From: Candidatus Dormiibacterota bacterium
Lineage (GTDB): Bacteria > Chloroflexota > Dormibacteria > Aeolococcales > Aeolococcaceae
Length of the DNA: 64,000 bases
Assembly (NCBI GenBank): GCA_963777285.1
Contig: CAVZPR010000002.1
Coordinates: 338,733 to 402,732, forward strand
Direction: 5' to 3'
Shown here: positions 9,806 through 22,713 of the stretch, in pieces
Layout of the letters: every line of letters starts with the position of its first letter
Numbering within the stretch: position 1 is the first letter of the stretch
Program-made: the position numbers and the translations under genes
Notes under the pieces: generated by a model
What the model saw: the letters and a program-made list of their open reading frames with translations, nothing else
Told to the model about the DNA's origin: nothing
Databases searched by the model: none

Positions 9806-10693
9806 TCAGCGGCTCCCGACGGCGACTCGCCGCCCGAAGAAGCGCGCGGCCGCGGTGAGTATGAGCACAATTGCGATGAGCGTCAGAGCGCCCGCCCAGG
9901 CCCGACCCTGCGCCTCCTGGAAGCCGGTGACCGCATTGTCGAAGATCTGCAGAGACAGCGTCGACATTCGCTTCCCAGGGTTCAGCTCGGTGAACAGGTC
10001 GTTGCCGAGCGCGGTGAGGAGGAGTGGCGCCGTCTCGCCCATGGCGCGCGCCACCGCCAGCATGGCACCGGTGATGATGCCGGGAAGCGCCGTCGGAAGG
10101 CAGACTCGCATCACCGTCTGGCTACGCGTCGCGCCCAGCGCCAGGCTGCCCTCGCGCAAGTCATTGGGAACCAGGCGGAGCATCTCTTCCGTCGTCCTGG
10201 TCACGAGTGGCAGCATGACGATCGCCAGCGCCAGCGAGCCGGCAAAACCGGAAAAGCCAAACCGCGTCACCCAGATCGCGTAGACGAACGCGCCGATGAC
10301 GATGGTGGGTATGCCGATCAGCACGTCGTTGAAGAATCGCACCGTGCCCGAGAACCGCCCTCGGCCGTATTCGACCAGGTAGATGGCGGCGCACACTCCC
10401 AGCGGGATCGCGATCGCTGCCGCGATGCCGACGATGATCAGGCTGCCCATGATGCCGTTGAAGAATCCACCGCCGGCCGCCGACGGATCGCCCGGCGGGT
10501 TGTGCGTGAGGAAGTCCGGCCCCAGCGCTCCGGCGCCCTGGATCGCTACGTATACCAGCACCCAGGCAAGGACACCCAGCGCCACGACGACCGCGGTGAT
10601 GAGTGCAGCCTGAAGTACGGCGTTCTTGGTGTGACGCCGGCGCAGCGAGGGGCGCTTCCCGAACAGCGGTGCAGCCGGTGCGAGGCTGCTCAC
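9806..10693 (-). CDS. pstA: phosphate ABC transporter permease PstA
   Basis: 295 aa polytopic permease with ABC TMD signature; position between pstC and pstB. Confidence 0.85.
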   Translation of the reverse strand: MSSLAPAAPLFGKRPSLRRRHTKNAVLQAALITAVVVALGVLAWVLVYVAIQGAGALGPDFLTHNPPGDPSAAGGGFFNGIMGSLIIVGIAAAIAIPLGVCAAIYLVEYGRGRFSGTVRFFNDVLIGIPTIVIGAFVYAIWVTRFGFSGFAGSLALAIVMLPLVTRTTEEMLRLVPNDLREGSLALGATRSQTVMRVCLPTALPGIITGAMLAVARAMGETAPLLLTALGNDLFTELNPGKRMSTLSLQIFDNAVTGFQEAQGRAWAGALTLIAIVLILTAAARFFGRRVAVGSR

Positions 10694-11757
10694 AGCGCCA
10701 CTCCTCGGCGCACCACGGCGCGAGCGATCACGTTGACGGCCAGTGCCACCACGAGCAGCCAGAAGCCCACTACGAAGAGCGACTCGAGATGGAACGGCTC
10801 CGTCGCCTCGGTGAACTCGTTGGCGATGACGCTCGACATGGTCGCGCCCTGGGAGAAGATGCTGGGGTTGATGTGCAGCACAGCGTTGCCGATCACCATG
10901 GTCACCGCGATCGTCTCGCCGAGCGCACGGCCGAGACCCAGCAGCGACGCGCCGACGATCCCTGACCGCGCTCGTGGCAGCACGGCGATGCGGATCATCT
11001 CCCAGCGTGTCGCGCCCAGGGCGAACGCAGCCTCCTTTTCGTTGCCCGGCGTGCTGCGAAACACCTCGCGACAGACGGCAGCGATGATCGGCAGGATCAT
11101 GATTGCGAGGACGAGGCCTGCGGTGAAATACGAGACGCCGAAGAATGGTCCGCTGAAGGCGATGCCGATCACCGGTACGGTCCCGAGCGTGCTGGTGAGA
11201 AACCCGACCACGGGTTTGATCGCCGGGATCAGCGCGAAGATCCCCCAGAACCCATACACGACGCTGGGAACGGCGGCGAGCAGGTCCACCAGCGACGAGA
11301 GCAGCTTCCCCACCCGTTGCGGCGCGATCTCGGTGATGACGAGCGCGGCGCCGACGGCCAGCGGCACGGCGAGGATCATCCCGATGACGGATGTCAGGAG
11401 GGTGCCGTAGATGAACTGGACGATGCCGTAAGGGTTCGGCGTGCTCGCCGCCGGATCGGCCTCGGAGGGCGCCCAGCGCGCGGACGTCAGGAACGAGAAG
11501 AACCCGTAGTGGCGGGTGGCCGGCAGCCCCTGGACGATGAGGAAGATGAACATCGCGGCGATGACAACGAGCACGATGCCGCCGGCCAGCCGCACCACCA
11601 TCCCGAACACCGTATCCCCCGGCCTGCGACGGTTCCGGCGAAGGGTCACCGACGGCGGTCGTCTCTCAATCACGATGCCGCCGCCAAGTGCTGGCGACGG
11701 CATCACCGGCTCCCCCGTCAAGGCGACTGGCGGCTCACGTCGCCACTGGCGTCCCAT
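10690..11757 (-). CDS. pstC: phosphate ABC transporter permease PstC
   Basis: Polytopic permease, EAA-like loop ALGATRWEMIRIAVLP; overlaps pstA start. Confidence 0.85.
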   Translation of the reverse strand: MGRQWRREPPVALTGEPVMPSPALGGGIVIERRPPSVTLRRNRRRPGDTVFGMVVRLAGGIVLVVIAAMFIFLIVQGLPATRHYGFFSFLTSARWAPSEADPAASTPNPYGIVQFIYGTLLTSVIGMILAVPLAVGAALVITEIAPQRVGKLLSSLVDLLAAVPSVVYGFWGIFALIPAIKPVVGFLTSTLGTVPVIGIAFSGPFFGVSYFTAGLVLAIMILPIIAAVCREVFRSTPGNEKEAAFALGATRWEMIRIAVLPRARSGIVGASLLGLGRALGETIAVTMVIGNAVLHINPSIFSQGATMSSVIANEFTEATEPFHLESLFVVGFWLLVVALAVNVIARAVVRRGVAL

Positions 11758-12937
11758 TCAACGTGATCTTGTGCAGCTGGGCGATGCACAGCTTCTGCAG
11801 CACTGACCCCAGCGGCGTGTAGTTCTTGGCGGTGGCAAGGTCCTGACCCTTGGTGAGCACCCAGGAGAAGAAGTTCACCAGCGCCGCGGCCTTGGTCCGA
11901 TCCGTCTGGTTCTGGTACACCAGCGCCCACGTCAGCCCCGTCACGGGATACGCCTCAGCGTTCTGCGATTGGTCGACGATGTCGACCCGCAGATCACTGG
12001 GGTACGAGGTGATGCCAAGCGTTGCGTTCGCCGCCGTCTGCACGCACGGCTCGATGAATCCTCCAGCCTTGTTCTTCACGTCACCGTAGGTGAGGTGCTG
12101 AGCGATCGCGTAGCCCAGCTCCACATAACCGATGCCACCCTGCGTCTGCCCGATGGCCGCAGAGACACCCTCGTTGCCCTTGCCGCCGATGCCGGTCGGC
12201 CAGGCCACCGTCTTGCCCACGCTCTTGCTGGAGCCGCCCAGCGCGCTCACCCACGCGGGGCTCTCCTTGGTGAGAAAGTCGGTGAAGATGAACGTGGTGC
12301 CGGATCCGTCGGAGCGGTGCGCCACAGCGATCGGAAGGTTGGGGAGCGTGACGCCGGGGTTCAGCGACTGAATGGCGGGGTCGTTCCAGGTCGTGATCTG
12401 ACCAGCGAAGATCTTGCCGAGCGTCTGGCCGTCGAACTTCAGGCCGCTCGCCACTCCCGGAAGGTTGTACGCGACGACCACCGGCGCCTGCACCAGCGGG
12501 ATCTGCACGACCGGGCCCTTCGCCTTGCTGATGTCGGAATCCGTCATGAACGCGTCGGAGTCCCCGAAGTCCACCGTGCCCGCTTGCAGCTGCTTGATGC
12601 CCGCACCCGACCCGACCGACTGGTAGGCGACCTGCACACCCGCGGTCGTCGCATAGGTCGAGGTCCAGACCGACATCATCGGCGCCACGAACGTGGAACC
12701 GGCGCCGCTGAGACTGGTGGCCTGACCCGCCACCGTCGCCACGCCGTTGGTGTATCCCGGAGACGCGGCTGTCCCCTGGCAGACGGGCGTCGGGGTCGCG
12801 CTCGGCGCTGTCGTCGCGGCGTTGCCGGCACCACATGCTGCGAGCAGCACGGAGGTGGTCGCTGCAGCAGCGAGCCTGCTCCGCGTTCCGGCAAGGCGGT
12901 TCCGCGCGGCGACGAGCGAGAAGATCCTGTTCGTCAT
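11735..12937 (-). CDS. pstS: phosphate-binding lipoprotein PstS
   Basis: Lipoprotein signal LLAACGAG; PBP fold motifs; ATG at 12937 (MTNRIFSLVAARN...) chosen over upstream ORF-track start. Confidence 0.85.
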   Translation of the reverse strand: MTNRIFSLVAARNRLAGTRSRLAAAATTSVLLAACGAGNAATTAPSATPTPVCQGTAASPGYTNGVATVAGQATSLSGAGSTFVAPMMSVWTSTYATTAGVQVAYQSVGSGAGIKQLQAGTVDFGDSDAFMTDSDISKAKGPVVQIPLVQAPVVVAYNLPGVASGLKFDGQTLGKIFAGQITTWNDPAIQSLNPGVTLPNLPIAVAHRSDGSGTTFIFTDFLTKESPAWVSALGGSSKSVGKTVAWPTGIGGKGNEGVSAAIGQTQGGIGYVELGYAIAQHLTYGDVKNKAGGFIEPCVQTAANATLGITSYPSDLRVDIVDQSQNAEAYPVTGLTWALVYQNQTDRTKAAALVNFFSWVLTKGQDLATAKNYTPLGSVLQKLCIAQLHKITLNGTPVAT

Positions 12938-13056
12938 CTCATCCCTTTCGAATCGTGAGCGCGCACCGGGCGATTCCTTCGTCGTCCTCGGCGTCGCAGG
13001 GCCTGCCACTTTCCCCAGCCTACGGGCCCACTTTTTGGCGGGGCGTTACGGCATGG

Positions 13057-14714
<1,658 letters not shown>

Positions 14715-14718
<4 letters not shown>

Positions 14719-15861
14719 CCCACCACCTGTGGCACCGCCGCGAAGCGCGCCGGGGTGAAGGGTGCCACCTCCTCCGGCACCGCGGTCTCGGTGAGCAGCG
14801 CCGTGATCGTGTCGGCGGTGATCGGCGCAAGCAGCACCCCGTTGCGATAATGACCCGCGGCGATCAGCAGCCCCCGCAGCTCGGTGCGGCCGACGACAGG
14901 TGCGTTGTCCGGCGTTCCGGGTCGCAGCCCTGCGGTTGCCGACGAAAGCGTCAGCTCGGCGACGTCCGGAACCAGTTCCGTGGCGTCGCGCAGCAGACGG
15001 TGCACTGCGCCGGCCGTCACCGACGTGTCGAAACCGCGCTCCTCCACGGTGGCGCCGACGACGTAGCGCCCATCACCGCGCGGCACGATGTAGACGTCGG
15101 CATCGCGCACGATGCGCGTGATCAGCGACGGCGTTCCCCTGAGACGCAGAACCTGGCCCTTGACCGGTCGTATCGGTGGTGCGACGCCCGCCGGCAATCC
15201 CGGCAGCTGCGACGTCCAAGCGCCCGCGGCCAGCACCGTCGCCGGCGCCCTGAGCACACCGCCCGACGCGAGCCGCACGCCCACGGCGCGGCCTGCCTCG
15301 ACGAGCAGCGCCGCCCGGTCGCAGACGAAGCGCACGCCGCGCCGCGCTCCGGCGCGCATCAGCGACGCGGCGAGCCGGCGCGGATCCACCTGCGCGTCGC
15401 CCTCCGCCAGCACGCCGCCGCGGATCCCCGGTGCCAGCCCGGGCTCGAGCTGCCGGCACTCCCGCGACGTGAGGCGCTGCACGTCCAAGCGGAGCGAGCT
15501 GCGGAAACGATGGTCGCGCTCCAGCGCCACGTTCTCGTCGGCGTCGCGGGCCACGAGCAGCATGCCGCAGCGTGTGTAGCCGGTGGATCCGCCCGCGTCC
15601 GCGTCCAGCGCAGCCACGAACGCGGGATACCGCTTCCACGAACTCGACGCCGAGGCGCAGCAGCGCCTGCTCGCCGTACGTCGCCTCGCCGACAGGCGCC
15701 AGCATGCCGGCCGCGACCCGCGACGCGCCCTTGCCGGGGTCGGGATCGACGAGCGTCACCGCCAGCCCGGCCCGCGCAGCGCGCCAGGCCACCGCCAGCC
15801 CGATGACGCCGCCCCCGACGACGACCACGTCCACAGCGATCCGTCCTCCCTTCGCCGGCAT
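14715..15861 (-). pseudogene. thiO: glycine oxidase ThiO, reading frame interrupted by apparent +1 frameshift near 15,618-15,622 (pseudogene or sequencing error)
   Basis: N-terminal FAD-binding part (MPAKGGRIAVDVVVVGGGVIGLAVAW...AAGMLAPVGEATYGEQALLRLGVEFVEAVSR) is in frame 0 (ATG 15861); rest of ThiO (FVAALDADAGGSTGYTRCGMLLVARD... to AAGHYRNGVLLAPITA...) continues in the -1 frame (ORF 14715..15617); both frames degrade to Arg-rich nonsense past the junction. Confidence 0.6.
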
Positions 15862-15978
15862 GATCCGGATCAGGTGTCGCCCACGACGTCCACACCCGAC
15901 CACTGCGGTCAGGTGCGGCCCGTGGGAGATTTGGCGGTCGACGGCACGCAGCCGTCCTCTCAGCCCGGTGGCCCGGAC
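15846..15978 (-). ncRNA. TPP (THI-box) riboswitch in thiO leader, overlapping the thiO start codon
   Basis: Minus strand reads ...GGGCUGAGAGG...ACC...ACCUGAUCCGGAUCAUGCCGGCGAAGGGA; the conserved THI-box CCUGAUCCGGAUCAUGCCGGCGAAGGGA contains the thiO AUG. Confidence 0.7.
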
Positions 15979-15995
15979 TCCCGCTTGCCTCGAGT

Positions 15996-16732
<737 letters not shown>

Positions 16733-16733
<1 letters not shown>

Positions 16734-17404
16734 CAGCCGAGGTCCTCGATCTCGCCCGACTCCAGGAACACCAGGTCCTCCGCGAGGTTCGTGACGCGGT
16801 CGGCGATGCGTTCGTAGTTCTGGCAGACGGTGATCAGCTTGGTTCCCTGGTACACGATGTCGGGATCCTCGCTCATCATCTGGATGAGCTCGTCGACCAG
16901 CCGGTGGTACAGGCGGTTCACGAGGTCATCACGCGCCGCGATGGCGCGCGCCTCGTCGCCGTCGTGCGAGACCAGCGCGCTGAGAATGTCGCGCACCTGG
17001 GTGGCGACCTGGCGCGACAGCTTGGGGATGTCGACGAAGTCGCCCAGCGGCGGAAGGTCGGCGAGGTCGCGTCCCACGCGCGCTATGTTCACGCAGTGAT
17101 CCGCCATCCGCTCCAGCTCAGCCGCCATGTGCTGAAAGCCGAGAAGCTCGCGCAGCTCGCGTTCGCTTGGCGCCTGCCGCGCGATGGCGGCGAAACAGAG
17201 TTGGCGCGCGTCCGCCTGCATGGCGTTGACCGTCTCGTCGCCGCGGATCACCTCGTTGCTGGCTGCGATGTCGCGCTCCAGGATCGCCTGGGTGGCGCGG
17301 TGGATCGCCTGATCGACCATCTCTCCCATGGCGATCGTGATCGCACGGATGCGCTCGAGGTTCTCCGCGAGCGTTTCGGCCGGCTGCGTGGGGAGGGCGT
17401 CCAT
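16733..17404 (-). CDS. PhoU-family protein (second paralog)
   Basis: ELLGFQHMAAELERMADHCVNIARVGRD ... NYERIADRVTNLAEDLVFLESGEIEDLG mirrors PhoU at 8269..8955; ATG 17404 (MDALPTQ...) preferred over ORF-track 17578. Confidence 0.7.
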
Positions 17405-17643
17405 GGAGGCTGGCGTGACGGCGACCGGCAGCCCGTGGCGGGCGGCCGCGGGCCGGCGCCGACCATCATAGCCGTGACCCAACCTCACCACCCGCGGCCG
17501 CCCGGCACGCTGGTCGGCGGGACCGGCGCTCCCCTCGCCACTGCCCATGCCGTCATCGTGGCAAGCGCGGGTTGTCAAGGAGCGGCGCGGCAGTTATCGA
17601 CGCGTTAAGGAGTGCGCGCGGAACCGCTGCCTATACTCCGGCC

Positions 17644-18687
17644 ATGGCGCGCGCGCCGGTGATGCCGTCGGTCTCCGTGCTCCGTGGTGTCGCCGGAATC
17701 CTGCTGGAGGGACTGATCGCGCTGGACAGCCAGGGCCGCGTGCTGGTCGCGTCGGACCGGGCACGCGAGATCCTCGGTGACGACGCGACGCGCGAGAGCA
17801 TGGTGTTCGCCAGCGCGCATGTCGACTACCGGTTGCTGCGCCTCATCGGCGCGGCCGGCGCCTCCGGCGTGGTGGAGCAGCGCGAGATGACCATCAACGA
17901 CCGCGAGCTGCGCGTCCGCGCCATGGCGCTCAACGACGACGACGTGGCGATGCTCGTCCTGCTTCGCGACGAGACGCGGCTCAAGCACCTCGAGCGGGTG
18001 CGGCGCGACTTCGTCAGCAACGTCTCGCACGAGCTGCGCACGCCGGTGACCGCTGTGCAGCTGATGGCCGAGACGCTGGAGAACGGCGGCCTCGACGACC
18101 CTGCCGCGGCGTCGGACTTCGTGCACCGCATCGCGCTCGAGGCGACGCACATGGCGCAGATCGTCGAGGAGCTGCTCGAGCTCAGCACCATCGAGTACGG
18201 GCTGCGTCCCATCGCGCGCGACCGCGTCGACGTGCGGCAGCTGCTCACCACTGTGGACCGTCTCAGCCCGCTCGCCGAGGCCAAGGGCGTAGCCGTCAAC
18301 TGCGCCGTGGCGCCCGGAACGCCCGACATCCTGGGCGACGAGTCGCGCCTTGGACAGGTGCTCCGCAACCTGGTGCACAACGCCATCAAGTTCACCCCGT
18401 CGGGCGGACACATCGACGTCGTCGCCGAGCCTGGTGGTGCGGGCCGGGTGCTGCTGCGCTGCCGCGACAGCGGCGTGGGCATTTCGCCGGCCGACGTGCA
18501 GCGCATCTTCGAGCGGTTCTGGAAGGCGGACAGCTCGCGACAGCGGGACGGCGAGGGCTCCGGGCTGGGGCTGGCGATCGTGCGCCACGTGGTGGAGGCG
18601 CACGGTGGCACCGTGTCCGTGGAGTCCGAGCCGCGTCACGGCACCGAGTTCACCGTCGACCTCCCCGCCTCGCCCGTCGCGGACTGA
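17644..18687 (+). CDS. sensor histidine kinase (SenX3-like; PAS-like N-domain, HisKA, HATPase_c)
   Basis: H-box SHELRTPVTAV, N/G boxes (VLRNLVHNAIKFT, DSGVGI, GSGLGLAIV); TATACT -10 6 nt upstream of ATG 17644 suggests leaderless mRNA. Confidence 0.8.
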   Translation: MARAPVMPSVSVLRGVAGILLEGLIALDSQGRVLVASDRAREILGDDATRESMVFASAHVDYRLLRLIGAAGASGVVEQREMTINDRELRVRAMALNDDDVAMLVLLRDETRLKHLERVRRDFVSNVSHELRTPVTAVQLMAETLENGGLDDPAAASDFVHRIALEATHMAQIVEELLELSTIEYGLRPIARDRVDVRQLLTTVDRLSPLAEAKGVAVNCAVAPGTPDILGDESRLGQVLRNLVHNAIKFTPSGGHIDVVAEPGGAGRVLLRCRDSGVGISPADVQRIFERFWKADSSRQRDGEGSGLGLAIVRHVVEAHGGTVSVESEPRHGTEFTVDLPASPVAD

Positions 18688-18690
18688 AGC

Positions 18691-19203
18691 TCAGTCGGTG
18701 GAGGCGTCGAACCCGATGAAGCGGCCGCCGCTGAGGTCGACGCCGAGGTAGAGCTTCATCGCGCGGCTGAGCATGTCGGCCACGCCCGGGACCTCGAAGT
18801 CGTGCGCCAGCTCGGCCAGCGCGGCGCGCTGCGAGTGCAGCGCCGCGCGCACCACGGCGCAGCCTTCCTCGGTGATGCCGACACGGACCATGCGCCGGTC
18901 CGGTGCGCCGCGCGTGGTGTCCAGCAGCCCTCGCTCACCCAGCTCGTGAACCAGCAGCGACACGCGCGCTTCCGGGGTCTGCAGCAGCTCCGCGAGCTCA
19001 CCTTGCACCAGCCCCTCCTCACCCGCGGAGCCCGCCTCGAGCAGCAGGTGATACTGCAGCGGCGACAGGTCGTGCTTGGCGAGGGCGCGGTTCATCAGCA
19101 CCAGGGCCTGACGGAAGCCACGCCGGAACGTCGCGGCGAGGCGAATGTCGCCGAAGGAGTCGTCCTGGTAGAAGGCCTGCGAGATGCTCATGACGCTTCC
19201 CAA
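18691..19203 (-). CDS. MarR-family transcriptional regulator
   Basis: 170 aa winged-helix MarR pattern (LSPLQYHLLLEA...GLVQGELAELLQ...VSLLVHELGERGLL). Confidence 0.75.
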   Translation of the reverse strand: MGSVMSISQAFYQDDSFGDIRLAATFRRGFRQALVLMNRALAKHDLSPLQYHLLLEAGSAGEEGLVQGELAELLQTPEARVSLLVHELGERGLLDTTRGAPDRRMVRVGITEEGCAVVRAALHSQRAALAELAHDFEVPGVADMLSRAMKLYLGVDLSGGRFIGFDASTD

Positions 19204-19232
19204 CGCGCGCTGCCCATGTCGCAGTGTACGTG

Positions 19233-19847
19233 CTAGGACAAGCCCTCGCGGCCCAGGGCCTGGAGCGCCTGCACGTATTTCGACGTCGCCGCCGGCTCAC
19301 CTGCCCCGGCGGAGCGGAGCCGCTCGACGACAGCGTCGAGCCTGGCGTCATCCGGCGCGCCAATCACCTCGACCTCGACCTCATGGAAGCGGGCCACAGG
19401 GCGATCGCCGTCGAGCACCGTGACCCGGTCGTCGGCCACCTCGGCCCAGCGGCCGCCGCCGGCCACGAGATCCACGACGCGACGTTCCGTGCGCAGCCGC
19501 GCCGCGGGCGACAGCTCACCCGCGTCGACGTCTGAGGGCAGGCGTGCTCTCAGCTCCTCGGGCAGCGCCTCACCGCCGCCGGCGACCTCGAGCTCCTCAC
19601 GCACCAACGCGGCACCGTCGCGACGGCTTCGCCCCTTCATGGTCCACGTTCCTTCGCGCCCGTCCGTGGTCCGGTGGCGCAGGCCGTGTCCCGAGTGCAG
19701 CAGGCGCAGGTCTGTGGTGTCCCAGTAGGTCGCCTCGAGCAGGTGCACGCCGCGATCCGCCGCATGCACGCCGGGCGCCACTCCTTCCAGGTCGGGGAGG
19801 ACGAAGTCCGTCGCCACCGCGAGCTTAACCTCGCGCTCGTCAGCCAA
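19233..19847 (-). CDS. CYTH-domain protein (triphosphate tunnel metalloenzyme)
   Basis: ExExK motif (LADEREVKLAV), EATYWDT; TTG start at 19847 with GGAG 7 nt upstream, overlaps serS stop by 8 nt; upstream part of ORF-track ORF is out-of-frame serS. Confidence 0.6.
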   Translation of the reverse strand: MADEREVKLAVATDFVLPDLEGVAPGVHAADRGVHLLEATYWDTTDLRLLHSGHGLRHRTTDGREGTWTMKGRSRRDGAALVREELEVAGGGEALPEELRARLPSDVDAGELSPAARLRTERRVVDLVAGGGRWAEVADDRVTVLDGDRPVARFHEVEVEVIGAPDDARLDAVVERLRSAGAGEPAATSKYVQALQALGREGLS

Positions 19848-21096
19848 CGAGGCGCTCCAGCCCACCCATGTAGGGGCGCAGCGCCGCGGGGATCGCCACG
19901 GCGCCATCGCGGTCCTGATACGTCTCGACCAGCGCCGCGAACGTGCGTGGGATCGCCAGCCCGCTGCCGTTGAGCGTGTGCACGAAGCGCGGCCGCTCAT
20001 CCTTCGGCGTGCGAAAGCGGATGTTGGCGCGGCGGGACTGGAAGTCTGCGAACACGGAGCACGAGGAAACCTCGAGGAAGCGCTCGATGCCCGGCGACCA
20101 CGCCTCGAGGTCGTATTTCTTCCACTGCGCGAACCCCAGGTCGCCGCTGCACATGAGCAGCACGCGGTAGGCGACGCCGAGCTTCTGCAGCACCGCCTCG
20201 GCGTGCTGCGTCAGCAGCTCGAGCTCGTCGAGCGAGCGCTCCGGCGTGGTGAACCGCACCATCTCCACCTTGTCGAACTGGTGCAGGCGGATGTAGCCGC
20301 GCGTGTCCTTGCCCGCCGCGCCCGCCTCGCGCCGCCAGCACGGCGTGTGGCTGACCAGCGCGATGGGCAGCTGCGCGCCGTCGAGGATCTCGTCGCGAAA
20401 CAGGTTGGTGAGCGGAACCTCCGCGGTGGGGATGAGGAACATGTCGTCGTCGCTGTGGTACGCGTCGTCCTCGAACTTGGGCAGCTGCGCCGCGCCCACC
20501 ATGGCGTCGCGGCGCACCAGGTACGGCGGCATCACCTCGGTGTAGCCGTGCTCGCGGACCGCGACGTCGAGCATGAACGCGATCAGCGCACGCTGCAGAC
20601 GAGCGCCGCCGCCGCGCAGCAGCGCGAATCGCGAGCCGCTCACCTTGGCCGCGCGCTCGAAGTCGAATATGCCCATCGCCTCCCCGATTTCGTAGTGGGT
20701 CCTCGGCTCGAACTCGAACCGGCGCGGGTCTCCCCAGCTGCGTACCACGACGTTGTCGTCGGCGTCGGCGCCATACGGCACGCTGTCGTGCGGAGGGTTG
20801 GGCACCTCGAGCAGCAGCGTTCCCAGCTTGGCGTCGAGCTGCTGCAGCTCCGCCTCCCCCTCCTGGATGTGCCGCTTCACCGCGGCCAGCTCGGCGCGCT
20901 GCTCCTCTGTCGGAGCGCCGCGGATGTCGGCGCCCGCGGCGCGCTGCCGGGCACGCGACCTCTCGACGTCGGCGCGCAGGCGACGCGCCTCGCCGTCGAC
21001 GGCCAGGATCTCGTCGAGGGGGACAGGCTCACCCTTGCGGCGCGCACCCTCGCGCACCCAGTCGGGCTTCTCCCGGATCTGCTGAAGCGACAGCAT
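19840..21096 (-). CDS. serS: seryl-tRNA synthetase
   Basis: N-terminal coiled-coil arm plus class II core motifs; full-length 418 aa. Confidence 0.9.
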   Translation of the reverse strand: MLSLQQIREKPDWVREGARRKGEPVPLDEILAVDGEARRLRADVERSRARQRAAGADIRGAPTEEQRAELAAVKRHIQEGEAELQQLDAKLGTLLLEVPNPPHDSVPYGADADDNVVVRSWGDPRRFEFEPRTHYEIGEAMGIFDFERAAKVSGSRFALLRGGGARLQRALIAFMLDVAVREHGYTEVMPPYLVRRDAMVGAAQLPKFEDDAYHSDDDMFLIPTAEVPLTNLFRDEILDGAQLPIALVSHTPCWRREAGAAGKDTRGYIRLHQFDKVEMVRFTTPERSLDELELLTQHAEAVLQKLGVAYRVLLMCSGDLGFAQWKKYDLEAWSPGIERFLEVSSCSVFADFQSRRANIRFRTPKDERPRFVHTLNGSGLAIPRTFAALVETYQDRDGAVAIPAALRPYMGGLERLVG

Positions 21097-22700
21097 CAGA
21101 GATCCTCGGCGCGCTCGCTCGGCGACCGGTGTGCCGCATCGTCGTGCACCGCCTCAGCACCGCGATGCTGCGGGCGCATGGTCGGAAACAGGAGCACGTC
21201 GCGAATCGACGCGGCGCCGCTCAGCAGCATGACGAGGCGATCGACACCGATGCCCAGGCCACCTGCGGGAGGCATCCCCACCTCTATCGCCTCGAGGAAG
21301 TCCTCGTCCACCGGCGGCGCCTCGGCGTCACCCGCGGCTCGGCGCTGCGCCTGCTCCTCGAAGCGGCGCCGCTGATCGTCCGGATCGTTCAGCTCGCTGA
21401 ACGCGTTGGCGATCTCGCGTCCCCCGATGATGAGCTCGAAGCGCTCTACGAACCGTGGGTCGTCGCGGCGCCGCCGCGCCAGCGGTGAAACCTCCTCCGG
21501 ATAGTCGAGCACGAACGTCGGATCCCACAGCTCGGGCTCGACCTTCTGCTCGTACACCTCGAGCAGCGTGGCGCCGGGCCCGTGCGTGGCCGGCACGTCG
21601 ACGCCCAGCGCCGCGGCGGCGTCATGCATGTCGTCCCAGCGCTCGAGCGGGTCGAAGCCACAGCGCTCCCGCACCAGGTCGACCATGCGCGCTGTGGTGA
21701 ATGGCGGACGCAGATCGACGCTTCGCTCGCCCACGCGACGCACCAGCGGGTCGTCGCAAGGTGGCGAGCCGCCATCGTCGGCGTCCGGCCGCTGCGGGCC
21801 GACCGCGTACGCCGCTGCGGTCACGAGGTCCTCGGTGAGCCGGCGCATGTCGTTGTAGTCAGCGTATGCCTGATATGCCTCGAGCATCGTGAACTCGGGA
21901 TTGTGCCGCGGCGACAATCCCTCGTTGCGGAACACGCGGCCGATCTCGTACACGCGCTCGTAACCGCCGACGAGCAGGCGCTTGAGGTGCAGCTCGATGG
22001 CGATGCGCAGGAAGACGTCGGTGTGGAGCGCATTCCAGTGCGTGGCGAACGGCACCGCGGCGCCGCCCCCCGCGATCGGCTGCAGGATGGGCGTTTCCAC
22101 CTCGACAAAGCGCTGCGCGTCGAGGGTCGCTCGCAGCGAGCGGATCACCACGGTGCGGGCGATGAAGCGGCGCCGCTGCGACACGCTGCTGAGTAGGTCC
22201 AGGTATCTTTTGCGGTAGCGCATCTCCTGGTCCTGCAAGCCGTGCCACTTCTCGGGAATGGGGCGCAGCGACTTGACCAGCAGTGTCAGCGACTCGGCGG
22301 CCACGGACGGCTCGCCGCGACGTGTGCGCGTGACGCGCCCGCGCACGCCGATGATGTCGCCCAGGTCGAGCAGGCCAACGACGGCGTACTGGTCCTCGCC
22401 GAGCATGTCCGCGCGGAACCACATCTGCATGCGGCCGCTCTGGTCCTCGACATGGGCGAAGGTGGTGCGGCCCTGCGCGCGCAGCTGCATCACGCGCCCG
22501 GCGACGGCGACCTCCGGACCGTCGCTGACCGGCTCGCCCTCCGCGTGCGGGCGGCGCGATTCGTGCTCGTGGAGCAGGGCACGCGCTTGTTCCATGCTCG
22601 CCGTCGGCTTGAAGTCGACACCCGACGCGGGTACGCCGCGAGCGGTCAGCGCCTCAGCTTTGCGGCGCCGCTCGGCAACCAGGTCGTCGCCAGGCACCAC
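21096..22700 (-). CDS. lysS: lysyl-tRNA synthetase (class II)
   Basis: OB-fold anticodon-binding domain plus class II motifs (FVEVETPILQPIAGGGAA..., RVYEIGRVFRNEGLSPRHNPEFTMLEAY); GTG start ~22700 just downstream of greA stop (ORF-track ATG 22778 overlaps greA by 64 nt). Confidence 0.85.
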   Translation of the reverse strand: MVPGDDLVAERRRKAEALTARGVPASGVDFKPTASMEQARALLHEHESRRPHAEGEPVSDGPEVAVAGRVMQLRAQGRTTFAHVEDQSGRMQMWFRADMLGEDQYAVVGLLDLGDIIGVRGRVTRTRRGEPSVAAESLTLLVKSLRPIPEKWHGLQDQEMRYRKRYLDLLSSVSQRRRFIARTVVIRSLRATLDAQRFVEVETPILQPIAGGGAAVPFATHWNALHTDVFLRIAIELHLKRLLVGGYERVYEIGRVFRNEGLSPRHNPEFTMLEAYQAYADYNDMRRLTEDLVTAAAYAVGPQRPDADDGGSPPCDDPLVRRVGERSVDLRPPFTTARMVDLVRERCGFDPLERWDDMHDAAAALGVDVPATHGPGATLLEVYEQKVEPELWDPTFVLDYPEEVSPLARRRRDDPRFVERFELIIGGREIANAFSELNDPDDQRRRFEEQAQRRAAGDAEAPPVDEDFLEAIEVGMPPAGGLGIGVDRLVMLLSGAASIRDVLLFPTMRPQHRGAEAVHDDAAHRSPSERAEDL

Positions 22701-22713
22701 TCGCCCGCGCGCC

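Noticed and set aside
12938-13056. PHO box upstream of pstS
   Set aside because: Looked for GTTCACC-type direct repeats in the pstS leader; nothing convincing by eye, so not reported as a feature
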